Part shown: piece after piece, positions 10,032 to 20,545 of the stretch
How positions within the stretch are numbered: the first letter of the stretch is position 1
Layout: each line of letters starts with the position of its first letter
Assembly: GCA_019828565.1 (NCBI GenBank)
Contig: JAHDYR010000003.1
Coordinates: 681,409-745,408 of the forward strand
Direction: 5' to 3'
From: Carpediemonas membranifera BICM
Lineage: Eukaryota; Protista; Fornicata
Length of the DNA: 64,000 nt
Position numbers and translations under genes: made by a program
The notes under the pieces: generated by a model
Seen by the model: only the letters and a program-made list of their open reading frames with translations
What the model was told of the DNA's origin: nothing
The model's database searches: none

Positions 10032-11109
10032 ATGGACAGTGATAATGGCATGGATCTGGAGAGTGTTGAGAGTGAGATCATTGAATGGTTGGATGGACAG
10101 CTGAACGATGATCCAGACTTCGATCTCACTGGAGGAATCACACAAATGAAGAAACCATCGCTTCTCCTGCGCTTAATTCGCAATACGCTTGCCGACTTGC
10201 TTCCTTCAAATACTCAATATCCTATTCTGACCTATCTGCATGATCACGATGGCGTCATCCAGGACATCTTCAGGATCGTCTCCTTCCTGCGCACCAGTTC
10301 GTCCTTACCCCCGCCCTCACACAGCCTTTCCCGCCTTCCCAGAGGTCTCTGTGATCCACCTCGCCAACGGCGATCTCCAGACGATTCTGACAGTGATCGG
10401 ATTCATCTATACGACGTCGTTTACCGACGTCCCCACCGACTCCGACTCTGACACAGACTCGGAGATCGCAGCACTCAATAGCGACCGCATGGTGCTGCTT
10501 GAGACCGAGCTGACCCGTGCCCGCTCGCTCTACTCCAAGGAGCGGGCACACGCCGCCGCCCTCGCGGACCGGAACGACGAGCTCCACGCAGAGTTGGAGG
10601 GGGCGAGGTCAGACCTGAGCCTGCTCACGCTGCAGCTGGACACTGTCAAGCACAGGGAGAAGGTGGCGAATGACGAGATCAAATCCTTGGCCGACTCTGA
10701 GCGGCAGGCCAACACGGAGCTCAAGAAGCAGCAGCTTGCAGTCGCCCAGCATGTGGAGCAGCTCAGCAGCATGACAGAGGAGCTGCTCGCGCTGAGGCAG
10801 CGGGAACAGGCGGCCAAGGAGTCGGCCGAGGAACTCAGGGGCCAGGTCGGCGAGCTCGGGGAGACCCTCAGAAGGGCGCGGGAAGAGAACGCGGCCCGGC
10901 TCAGCACAGTCATGCCGGCAGAGCAGGAGTTCCGGCAACTCAGCTCGAGTCTTCTGCGGCTCAAGTCAGAGCTCGACAGGAAGCCGGCGGAGCTGTGTAC
11001 TGTGGCCATCGGGTGCGACCTCACCGGCTTCAGGGTGGCGAGGGCGGCGGCATGGGCCGGGTTGGTGGTGATGGCCGCAGCCGGGCTGCTTGTCAGTGTC
11101 GTTGTGTGA
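10032..11109 (+). CDS. Hook/CH-like N-terminus, coiled coil and C-terminal membrane anchor; 2 exons (intron 10297-10324)
   Basis: The 28-nt gttcgt...ctcacacag intron joins ORFs 9921 and 10240; ends in hydrophobic AAAWAGLVVMAAAGLLVSVVV. Confidence 0.7.
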
Positions 11110-11252
11110 TAAAATGCTCGAAGCATGGCTTGGCGCATGTCGGTGACATAGGGCCCCAGTCAGCCTGGCCGGCCGGCGATTTACGGTTTATCGAAGCTTT
11201 TGTATCGGGCCACAACCACTGCCAACTATCTTGCCCTTCATATTGCGCTACT

Positions 11253-14200
11253 ATGAGCGCAATCGGCGATGAAAACGCAGGCGATAGAATCTTTGGGGGC
11301 AAAAGGCTTCCAACGATCATTCCAGGGCTTGTTGACGATGAGAACCGCCTTGCAGGCGATAACGTCGAACAGAACGCACCAGAGAACGAACAGATGCAGA
11401 ATGAGGATGTTCGTGACACAAATCAACGGAATACTATCCCAGTTGTTGTTCCGCCACTCAGGAACGCCAACCACATTGAGATCGAAGCCGGGAACGACCC
11501 CGACCATGAGACAGGCTGGTACCATGAGCGAGTATTCCAGCCTGTGGTGCTCGACAACCGCAATGCGCTCGACCTCAACCACCTCCAGGATCTGGCGCAG
11601 GATCCCGACCTGCAGCCCATTATCGCCCAGAATGCTCACATCGCGGCACCTCCGGCAGAAAGGCAACATGGCCATGACGCGGAGCCCTATGTGCCTGCCT
11701 CTATCGAGCAGACTGACCTTGGCAATGCCCCACTCGACGCCATGATGCCACTCGACGGTCTCCTGGGAATACTCGACCGGGAACTGCCGCCCGTGATTGA
11801 GCCAGAGCCAGTCAATACCTCTGAGCCAACCCAGCCGGCTCCAAAGGTCGGGGCTAGGTCAGGTAGTCGGCAAACTACTGCTGTCGGAAAGCCGCGAGTC
11901 GATCAGTTGCTGGCGCAGAAAGAAGCTCTCATGAAGGAGTGCGCTGACAAGCTAGGTCGGCTAGAGGCACGTCAGGCGATCCAGGAGGCGCTAAAGGAGA
12001 GAGGTCGGCTCACTCGCCCAGTTATCAGGCACACGCCGGGGAATCTGCCGAGAGAGTGGAGCTTCGAGATCAGCGAGCCGAGCCTGGCAGGAACGCAGGA
12101 CAGTCAGAAGAAGAAACGGACGGCAGCGAAGAAGGCGATCCTCAGTGCCGAGGTCAAGGTCCTGCAGGCTGAGTCCCAGTACGCGGACCGCTCTCTGGTT
12201 GCCACTGAGGCCGCCATACGCCATGCTATGGCGGGCGAGCAGGACGATTCCGTGGAAGCGGAGCTAGCACGGGTCGACCCGGTAGTTGTTCCAGACACAC
12301 AACGGATGCTGTCGAAGGGGAAGGCAGACATGGACAAGGAGGCGATGGTCCAAGTCGAGATCGAAGTTGTGCGGCTCCGCGGTCAGATAGAGGAGTACGA
12401 TACAGCCCTGGGCATGCTCGGCGTTGAACTCCCCCCGCCGGAGCAGGTCAGCGACGAGGATACGGGAGTCGTGGAAGCGGGGCAGGCCAGCAGCGGGAAG
12501 CCCGATGCTATCCGCCAGCAAAAGTGCCGTGCGAACAAGAGAGTGCGTAATGCCAGACTCAACGCCGTTAAGCGACAGAGAGCAGTGCTGGTTACCGCGC
12601 TGAGGGATCGAAAGGGGGCCCTAACCGAGGCCCTCGCCCCAGATCAGCCCCCTGCCGGCCAGAAGCGCAAGCCTAGTACCCGGCGAGATGACAAGCCTGA
12701 CAAACGAGCAAACTGCCTGGATGACTTCGACGGCAGCGGCTCGAGCGGCGTCATCCTGAGCTACTTCCGGGTGATGTCTGACCTCCTCGACATGGACGTC
12801 GGCGAGGGCACAACACCCGCTCCCCTGCTCAAGAAGATGTTCGTAGCGGTCTCGCATGACAACGGCGAGGAGGTCCGCAAGCTGCTCACAGCCGGCGCTC
12901 TGCCGACAGATGTGTACAAGGGCTCAACCCTGCTCGAACACGCATGCGAGGCGGGTGCAGCAGAGGCGGCCAGGGCCCTCATCGACGCAGGAGCCAACCC
13001 GCGAGACCAGCTGCTACGGGCTGCAGCCGACGGCCACGGGGACACCGCCCTGCTCTGCCTCGACAGGGGCGCCGATGTCAACGCTGCAGACCCAAGCGGA
13101 GACCTACCGCTGCATATCGCCGTCAGAAACGACTTGTTCGACTTGCTGGAAGCGCTCATCGGACGACCTGACTGTGAGATCAACGCCACCAACGATCGGA
13201 ACATCACCGCGCTCTTCTCGGCATGCAGTCGTGGCAAGACCAACGCGCTGGAACTCCTCATCAAGGCCGGAGCCGACCTGGACATCCCTAGTGTGCAGGG
13301 CTACACGGCGCTGCATGTCGCCGCTAAGGACCGCAACGCCGCCTTCGTCCGCATGCTGCTTGACGGAGGCGCCGACTGTACCAAGCTCCAGGGCCCCGCG
13401 CGGTTTAGCGTGCTTGACATCGCAGTCGGCCAGGCCAGCAACGCTGAGGTGATCAAGATGCTGCTCGAGGCCGAGCCAGAGCTTCGAGACAGACCCTGCG
13501 GCATGGGCACGATGCCTATCAACACTGCGATGGGGCTGGGTCGGCTGGAATCCGTCCGTGCCCTGCTCGAACATGGTGTCGACCCGAACCTGACCGTGAC
13601 TGCTGCTGCGGGCGGCAACGCGGGTGAGCTGACGCTAATCAACTTTGCTTCATTCATTAACCACATCGGCCTCCTGGAGCTCCTCATTGAGTTCGGGGCC
13701 GACGTGAATCGTCTCAATTCACAGAACATTTCACCCCTTACACTCTGCGTCAAGCAGAACAGAGTCGACTTCGCACGGGCTCTGCTCAAGACAGGGGCCG
13801 ACCCCAACATCCAGGACGACCAGGGCGTGGCCCCTGTCATGCTGGCCGCGATGGACCGGCAGTGCGGTGAGCTCGCCCGCGTGTTGGTTGAGGGGGGCGC
13901 GGACTACACGCTTGCGAACAGGGAAGGCATGACGGCCATCGATATAGCCATTGCCGCGGCAAACACCGAGATGCTCGAGGCATTGCTGGGCGACAAGACA
14001 GGCCCGGCTGTAATGTCGGACAGCAACGGTTGCCCAAGGCTGTATCTCCATGTCGCGTGCTCCAACGGCCTCACCGACATCGTCCGACTCCTCATCGAGC
14101 ACGGCGCGGACGTCAACCAGCGTAACGACAACGGGTGGAGCCCGGTGAACTCGGCCGCGTACAACGGGCACACAGAGGCGCTCAGACTCGTGCTCGCGGC

Positions 14201-16490
14201 CGGGCCGACCCTGGATCACGTCGACGCGACCGGGTTCACACCCCTGATGGCCGTCTGCGTCAACAACCTCGTCGAGCACGTCCAACTCCTCGTCGATGCC
14301 GGGGCCGACTGCTTCATCGGCAGCGCTGATGGTGACAACGTACTCCATCTGGCGGCCAACAGGAACCACGTGGAGATCATCAAAGTGCTGCTCGACGCCA
14401 AGCCTGATCTCCTCAACATGGTCGACAACTTCGCCCGAACCCCGCTGTTTGACGCCGCGGCGCATGGCCATAATGACTCCGTTCGACTCCTCCTGAGTCA
14501 TGGGGCTGACCCAGACATCGCCTCGTTCGCCGATCAGACCGCAATCATGGCCGCGGCGGCGTTTGGCCGTGCTGAGAGCGTTGCGATGCTAGTCGGCGCT
14601 GGTGCGGAGCTCAACCAGCAGGATAGCGATGGCGACACAGCACTGGCCATTGCATGCATCAAGGGCAACGCCCAGTGCGTCAGGATCCTCGTCGAGGCGG
14701 GAGCTGACACTACTCTCACCAGGAGCGACGGAATGACTCCTTTGTCCTGCGCGGTCAAGAATAAGTTCCCCGATATCGTCAAGATCCTCGCCAAGGTCGC
14801 GCCAGAGCAAGAGTGTCTCGCGGCACTCCTCCTTGCAAGCGGGGACAACATGCCGGAGATTGCCGACGCCATCCTCCAGAGCCGCGTCTTCCCTCCCGAT
14901 CACCTAGGTCAATGCATCGGTCTCTCCGTCACACTTGGGCACGACATGATCGCCCAGAGCCTCCTCAGGGCCGGGGCCGACGTCAACTGGTTCGACCCAG
15001 ACCTGGGTGAGTCTCTCATCCACGCAGCAGCAGGTGGCGGCGAGGAAGAGCTCGTGCGGCTCCTATTGGGGCACGGCTGTGACGTCAACGCACGCCGCGA
15101 AGATGGTGCCACCGCGCTCTGTATCGCTGCCGAGGACGGCGACGACGAGGTTGTCGAGATGCTCCTGGACGCCGGGGCTGACCCTAAACTGCCCGGCCCT
15201 GAAGGGAGGCTGCCACGGGACATCGCTGAGGGCCACGGCCACGACGAATGTGTCAGCCTCGTCGACGCCCGTGTCAAGTCCGGTGCTGATGTCATACCGT
15301 CGGATGAAGCATCGGAGGCAACCGTAGCAGGGCCCAGTGTCGACGATGACGAGGACCAGCCGTTGCTTATCACAGCGGCAGCATCAGGGGCCAGGAGTCT
15401 GCTTGTGGATCTCATCAGCACCGGTCACGACCCCGATGCGACCAACAAGGCCGTCACCCTCACTGCGCTTGTTATGGCTGTCTCGTCCGGACATGCAGAG
15501 CTCCTGCCTCTTCTCCTCAATGCCGGCGCTAACCTCAAGAAGCAGCTGACTTCGCAAAGCGGGGGCGTGGCTCAGGAGACCATGGCCATGCTCGCTGCTT
15601 GTGCCAAGGGCGACGCCGAGAGCATCCGTCTTCTCCTCGACGCCGGGGCTGACATCAACGGAGCCCTGCAAACTGGCGAGACGCCCCTCCTGAGCACCGC
15701 GCTGTACAACCCGACCTTCCTGTCTCATGTGGTTCGCCTTCCCGGGGTCAACCTCGACCAGCCTGCGGGCCTCGGGGCCCCTGTGCTGCTTCATGCGGCG
15801 GGGTCGGACAAGATCGACTCCGTCCGAGTACTGATCCAAGCCGGGGCGGACATCAACCTCTGCTTCCCCAGACACGGCACCGCACTCATGGTTGCGGCCA
15901 ACTACGGGCACGATGAGGTCCTTGGGTGTCTGCTCGAGGCCGGTGCAGATGCTGATGTTGTCGACGAGGACGGCGACACAGCGCTAATCTGCGCGGTTCG
16001 CTGGGGTCACTTGTCATGTGCCGGCCGCCTCCTGCGGGCCGGGTGCGACATCAATACGCGTCTCCCCAACGGCTCCAATGCGGCATTCATTGCCGCGGCC
16101 AACGGCTTCTCTGATATTCTCGGCCTGCTGGTAGCTGCTGGTGTCGAAACGACAGCCCCAGGCGAGGACGGCAAACTCCCCAGCGAGATCGCCCAGACTA
16201 ACGGACACCAGGCCTGCGCCACACTTCTCGAGGTCTCAGGGAAAACCAGTGCTCGACCGGACCAGGTCGACCCCGATGTCGGCCAGGTAGAGTCGGAGCT
16301 GGACGCCGTTCATGTAACTCATGTAACTCATGTAACTGGGAACGTCAGAATCGAAGAGCTCTCAGAAACCCCACCTCCACCCCCCAGGAGGAGCATAGCG
16401 ATGAAGGGAGCTATTGGAGCCCTTGCTGTCGCCACCGGCGTGGCTGGACTCATTAGACTCCGGCAGGGCATGAGCAGGCGTGGGCGGTAG
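11253..16490 (+). CDS. Large ankyrin-repeat protein with unrelated N-terminal region and C-terminal hydrophobic tail
   Basis: More than 25 G.TPLH.A...G...V..LL..GAD.N repeats from about 12800; first ATG at 11253; an internal ATG near 12775 is an alternative start. Confidence 0.85.
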   Translation: MSAIGDENAGDRIFGGKRLPTIIPGLVDDENRLAGDNVEQNAPENEQMQNEDVRDTNQRNTIPVVVPPLRNANHIEIEAGNDPDHETGWYHERVFQPVVLDNRNALDLNHLQDLAQDPDLQPIIAQNAHIAAPPAERQHGHDAEPYVPASIEQTDLGNAPLDAMMPLDGLLGILDRELPPVIEPEPVNTSEPTQPAPKVGARSGSRQTTAVGKPRVDQLLAQKEALMKECADKLGRLEARQAIQEALKERGRLTRPVIRHTPGNLPREWSFEISEPSLAGTQDSQKKKRTAAKKAILSAEVKVLQAESQYADRSLVATEAAIRHAMAGEQDDSVEAELARVDPVVVPDTQRMLSKGKADMDKEAMVQVEIEVVRLRGQIEEYDTALGMLGVELPPPEQVSDEDTGVVEAGQASSGKPDAIRQQKCRANKRVRNARLNAVKRQRAVLVTALRDRKGALTEALAPDQPPAGQKRKPSTRRDDKPDKRANCLDDFDGSGSSGVILSYFRVMSDLLDMDVGEGTTPAPLLKKMFVAVSHDNGEEVRKLLTAGALPTDVYKGSTLLEHACEAGAAEAARALIDAGANPRDQLLRAAADGHGDTALLCLDRGADVNAADPSGDLPLHIAVRNDLFDLLEALIGRPDCEINATNDRNITALFSACSRGKTNALELLIKAGADLDIPSVQGYTALHVAAKDRNAAFVRMLLDGGADCTKLQGPARFSVLDIAVGQASNAEVIKMLLEAEPELRDRPCGMGTMPINTAMGLGRLESVRALLEHGVDPNLTVTAAAGGNAGELTLINFASFINHIGLLELLIEFGADVNRLNSQNISPLTLCVKQNRVDFARALLKTGADPNIQDDQGVAPVMLAAMDRQCGELARVLVEGGADYTLANREGMTAIDIAIAAANTEMLEALLGDKTGPAVMSDSNGCPRLYLHVACSNGLTDIVRLLIEHGADVNQRNDNGWSPVNSAAYNGHTEALRLVLAAGPTLDHVDATGFTPLMAVCVNNLVEHVQLLVDAGADCFIGSADGDNVLHLAANRNHVEIIKVLLDAKPDLLNMVDNFARTPLFDAAAHGHNDSVRLLLSHGADPDIASFADQTAIMAAAAFGRAESVAMLVGAGAELNQQDSDGDTALAIACIKGNAQCVRILVEAGADTTLTRSDGMTPLSCAVKNKFPDIVKILAKVAPEQECLAALLLASGDNMPEIADAILQSRVFPPDHLGQCIGLSVTLGHDMIAQSLLRAGADVNWFDPDLGESLIHAAAGGGEEELVRLLLGHGCDVNARREDGATALCIAAEDGDDEVVEMLLDAGADPKLPGPEGRLPRDIAEGHGHDECVSLVDARVKSGADVIPSDEASEATVAGPSVDDDEDQPLLITAAASGARSLLVDLISTGHDPDATNKAVTLTALVMAVSSGHAELLPLLLNAGANLKKQLTSQSGGVAQETMAMLAACAKGDAESIRLLLDAGADINGALQTGETPLLSTALYNPTFLSHVVRLPGVNLDQPAGLGAPVLLHAAGSDKIDSVRVLIQAGADINLCFPRHGTALMVAANYGHDEVLGCLLEAGADADVVDEDGDTALICAVRWGHLSCAGRLLRAGCDINTRLPNGSNAAFIAAANGFSDILGLLVAAGVETTAPGEDGKLPSEIAQTNGHQACATLLEVSGKTSARPDQVDPDVGQVESELDAVHVTHVTHVTGNVRIEELSETPPPPPRRSIAMKGAIGALAVATGVAGLIRLRQGMSRRGR

Positions 16491-16700
16491 CAAGCATAGA
16501 GACGTTTGATAAATTTAGTTTCCACCGCAGCTGTCACACACTCCTGGTTGAGACGGATCAATGAGAACGCGGCAACATCAATGACACCCTCTGCCCCATA
16601 GTTCCTGCGATACGCACTGTATTGTTGTGCGATTCGACTGTAATCGGCGGTGCTTGACTGGCTGAGTCGAGGTGAAGGCACAAAGCCCCAAGTTCATCGA

Positions 16701-17213
16701 ATGGACGTCGATCTGGATTCAAAGAGCGTTGCAACAGCATGCACTCGTATCCTGTTCGATAGAATCGACTCAAAGAGCTCCAGTTCGGGCACTGAATCGC
16801 TGTCCCAGCTCTCTTCGACATGGCGGGCCTACAAACAGCGCTTGAGGGCACTAAACAGCCCTCAGCTATCATTCTCCAACTACGATTCCATTGGATCCCA
16901 CTCAGCAGCGTCGTCCTCGAACTTCGCGGACTCACGGCTCCGCGTCTCCGTTCTCGATCGGGAGCCGCAAACCGCAAATCAGAAGGCCGCTGTGCCAGTA
17001 GAAGAGCAGACTGATGCGCTTCCGATCAGCATCAGTGCCATTAACGCGGCGACGAAGTTCCTCGAGAGCGCCAGCCAGGAGCAGCTCAGCGACGTCGACT
17101 ACGAGAAGCTCGTCGCCCTCGTCAGGCTTGCTGACGTTGTGAATGACCGTCTGCACCTAGACGCCGGTGCAGGGGAAGAGGGGGGGCGAGGAGTGAGTGC
17201 CACCCGTGTGTAA
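16701..17213 (+). CDS. Hypothetical protein
   Basis: ORF with host-like codon usage, ending at a TGTAAA motif. Confidence 0.55.
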   Translation: MDVDLDSKSVATACTRILFDRIDSKSSSSGTESLSQLSSTWRAYKQRLRALNSPQLSFSNYDSIGSHSAASSSNFADSRLRVSVLDREPQTANQKAAVPVEEQTDALPISISAINAATKFLESASQEQLSDVDYEKLVALVRLADVVNDRLHLDAGAGEEGGRGVSATRV

Positions 17214-17390
17214 AATACCAAGCTCAACGGAGTCACGCGTCAAAGGATTTTGGCTTGCGATGCGGTTTACGAGCTGGAAGCTGGCTGAGGCTGCGAGTGG
17301 AGCACAATTACATTGGTGCCATGCCATTAGCGCGAGAATTTCTATTCGCGCAAGTTTTGGAGAACGAAAGTCAACGCTTCCGCTGATTCA

Positions 17391-18866
17391 ATGTCGGAGC
17401 ATCTAGACCAGAACGTTGAGATTGCAGCAGAGCCATACGGTTGGCTCATACTGAAGGACGCTGCCGGTAACGTCACCAAGGAGCGCTTCAAGATCGTCTT
17501 GAAAGAAGCAACGATCGGCCGCAGCTCCTCATGCCATCTGATCATCGATTCGAAGAAGGTTGCTAACTATCACTGCTCGCTGTTCTTTGACGACCTCACC
17601 AACCTCTTCTCGATTAAGAACGTCACAGAAGACAACTTCAATGTCGTCTGTGATGGGACTCAGCTCCCTCCCGGCGAAACCATGCCCCTGAGCAAGCATC
17701 TTATTGTTGGCGACATCAGCTTCCTCCTCCACCCGAGCCCTAACTTCCTCCCCGCCCACTCACAGGAGGAGGCCGAGAGTATTGTCATCGAGGGCACTCC
17801 CGCCGTCATCCACCGCAACGAAGAGGCAGTGGAGCTCCTTGTCAGCCCTCCCGGGTCTGTTTTCGACCGGTTCGTTACCACCCCGATGCGCGGCCTCAAG
17901 CGGCTGCTGACGCCCAAGGCTGCCACGCCTGAGTCCAGGGGCCATCTCAGCACCCCTAAGAGCGCCAAGCCCAGTGCCAGGAAGGAAGAGGTCACCCCTA
18001 TCAGCGGTGCCTTCTTCAAGAAGTCGAGTGCCCGCCGCAGCAAGTTGGCCCGGCCCTCGCTCATGCGGAGAGTCGACCCGATCGAGGAGGAGGATGTTGA
18101 CATGGAGCCCGTGGAGGAGGCTCCGGTGGAGAAGACACCGCTGGCCCGCACACCTGAGATGAAGACCCCCCGGAGCTCCGCCAGACTCAGCAGACTCGCA
18201 AGGGTCGAGCCTGAGGAGGAGGAGATGGAGTCTGCCGAGCAGGCGGGCGCTGCTACTGAGTCTTACTCCGAGAGCGAGGCGGAGGCTGAGTTCGTCTGCC
18301 CCTACACCCGGGCCCAGCTGCAGACCATCAAGGTCGTTGCCCTCAGACGGGCCTTCTCTGATGCCAGTGTGGCTACCCCCGACATTCACAAGAAGGTGCT
18401 CATCGACCGGATCATCGCCGGTGACATCCCCGGTGTCAAGTTCCCTGAGCTGGACCCCGAGGAGGAGGCTAAGGAGGAAGAGAAGCCTGTTGCCCGTGCC
18501 ACCAAGGCCAAGAAGACTCCCAAGGCGAGGAAGCCCAAGGAGGCGCCCAAGTCCACACGCCGTAGTGCTCGCGTCCAGCCTACTGAGAAGGAGGAGGCCC
18601 CTGCGAAGGTCAAGACCCCCAAGGCCAAGGCGGCCGCTATGAGCCACACACCCCGTCGGTCGGCCCACACCAAGGCCCCCGAGCCCGAGTCGAGCTCCGA
18701 GTCTGAGGACGAGACCGAGGAGACTCTGCCCTACACCATGGAGGAGCTTAAGGCGCTGAAGTGGCTGGAACTGCGGTCTGTGTGCAAGCAGCACGGCATC
18801 ACGGCGAGGAATAAGGACCAGTACCTGGCCCTCGCCCTTCCCCGGTGCAAGGACGGCAAGCAGTGA
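17391..18866 (+). CDS. FHA-domain protein with basic TP-rich linker and two SAP/HeH-like motifs
   Basis: ATIGRSSSCHLII...VANYHC is an FHA core; YTRAQLQTIKVVALRRA and YTMEELKALKWLELRSVCKQHGI are SAP-like. Confidence 0.8.
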   Translation: MSEHLDQNVEIAAEPYGWLILKDAAGNVTKERFKIVLKEATIGRSSSCHLIIDSKKVANYHCSLFFDDLTNLFSIKNVTEDNFNVVCDGTQLPPGETMPLSKHLIVGDISFLLHPSPNFLPAHSQEEAESIVIEGTPAVIHRNEEAVELLVSPPGSVFDRFVTTPMRGLKRLLTPKAATPESRGHLSTPKSAKPSARKEEVTPISGAFFKKSSARRSKLARPSLMRRVDPIEEEDVDMEPVEEAPVEKTPLARTPEMKTPRSSARLSRLARVEPEEEEMESAEQAGAATESYSESEAEAEFVCPYTRAQLQTIKVVALRRAFSDASVATPDIHKKVLIDRIIAGDIPGVKFPELDPEEEAKEEEKPVARATKAKKTPKARKPKEAPKSTRRSARVQPTEKEEAPAKVKTPKAKAAAMSHTPRRSAHTKAPEPESSSESEDETEETLPYTMEELKALKWLELRSVCKQHGITARNKDQYLALALPRCKDGKQ

Positions 18867-19134
18867 GTAAACTTAGATTGAAGTGCGAGAGGCGTTCTTT
18901 TGCCGTTATGATGCATTTCCAAATTTCTGGATTCGGACCCTCTCTTCGGAGCCCACTGATTGCAGAGGTGGTGGGGCGATGGAAAATCAAGTGAGAAAAA
19001 ATCTCATGAACTCTTCGGGGGACTTATAAGCACCATGCAAGCCGACATGGCTGGGGGTGGCCTGTAGATCGCAAATTTGATCTCGATTTGATGCGCGAAA
19101 AAATCTATATCTCCAAAGCACGGGAACGACGCTC

Positions 19135-20425
19135 ATGGTTAACGCGACTCGCTACGCTTTCGTTGGCTACAACATCAACCTCGATGCCCAAGTGAACATG
19201 GAGAACCAGGCCGATTTCGACGGCATCTGCCAGCTCATCCAAAAGCACAGCCCCAACCTTCTTAGCGTGTTCGTTTCTCCCATATTTGTTACGTAGGTTC
19301 GTTGATAGCGTCAAGAACGCTGCTTCCTGCGAGCGCCTTGTCCCCCCATCCCTCTCCGGCTCGATCAAGGACTCATTCCCCTCCAACCTCGTGGTTGCTG
19401 GCCAGGCAGGCTTCTTCCTTACCAACATCGTTCGCCCCGAGTTCTCCGGCTTTACCCCCGTCGTCCACCTTCCCAACCGCTCTGCCGACCTTGTGAACGC
19501 CATCATGAAGCTTTCGGAAGACATCTACGTCTTTGACCAGACCTCCGAGAGCGGCATCGCCAAGCTCACGGCCGCGCACATTGAGGACGTCGCCCCTCCG
19601 GTGCACGTGGTCCTCGAGTATCCCGCGGACCTTGCCCTTACCTTCGAGGGTGAGTCCTTCGTCGTGCCAAAGGCCAACCGGTTCATCTTCACGTACGACC
19701 CCACCAACATGGAGCTCCACCTCGACGAGCACTTCCTCGCAAAGAAGGACATCGTCAACCAGGACTGGATCGCCCTAGTCTCGGGCTACCACCTTCTCCA
19801 GGAGGACATCCTCACCGACGCCTTCCGCACCCAGCACCGCGAGCTCGTCCAGCACTTCAGGGACAACGCATCGTGGCTTCACATCGAGCTGGCGTACTCG
19901 GACATCCACCTCGTCCGTGAGTTCGTCCTTAACGACATCCTGCCCGCCGGCCACTCGATTGGCCTCAACGAGATCGAGCTCGGCCTCTTCGCCGAGGAGA
20001 GTGGCTGCTTCGTCCCCACCGACGACCACTCCGCCCGCCTCAAGCGGTGGTACACGACGCTGCCCAACCACGCGGTGATCCTCTTCCATTGCTTCGGGGC
20101 CTACATCTCCATCGACGTCGAGGGCCGCATCTCCGCCAAGAAGACCCAGGATGCCTTCCGTCTGGCTGAGGACGTCATCCTCCGTTCCCGCGCGGTCATC
20201 CGTGACGGTAAGAACGTCTCTGTCGCCTCGGACGTCGACCATGACGGCAATCCTAGCTTCAACCTCAAGCGCGCGGCTGTCCCCACCGCGCTCGAGCACA
20301 ACGGCATGACCATCGCCGAGGGCCACATCCAGGCTTACTACCCCAAGACGCTTAAGCCGATCGCCAGCACCGTCGGGCTCGGCGACACGATCTCGTCGTC
20401 TATTGCCGTGGGCATCAACTTCTAG
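19135..20425 (+). CDS. ADP-dependent glucokinase/phosphofructokinase family, 2 exons (intron 19269-19296)
   Basis: N-terminal GYNINLDA, ANRFIFTYD, HIELA, SIGLNEIEL and catalytic STVGLGDTISS motifs; 28-nt gttcgt...tag intron. Confidence 0.9.
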
Positions 20426-20545
20426 GGGGATTGCAACTTTAAATGAAATAATGAAAGAGGCGGGGGTGCGGCTGAGTTGCAAGGGCCTTGATCTCTTCCA
20501 GGCATTCTTCGTCTGCGGCAGCGTGCTCGTCTCGATGTCACTTCG

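Noticed and set aside
16311-16337. catgtaact x3 microrepeat
   Set aside because: Simple in-frame slippage (HVT)3 in a linker; no further significance evident.
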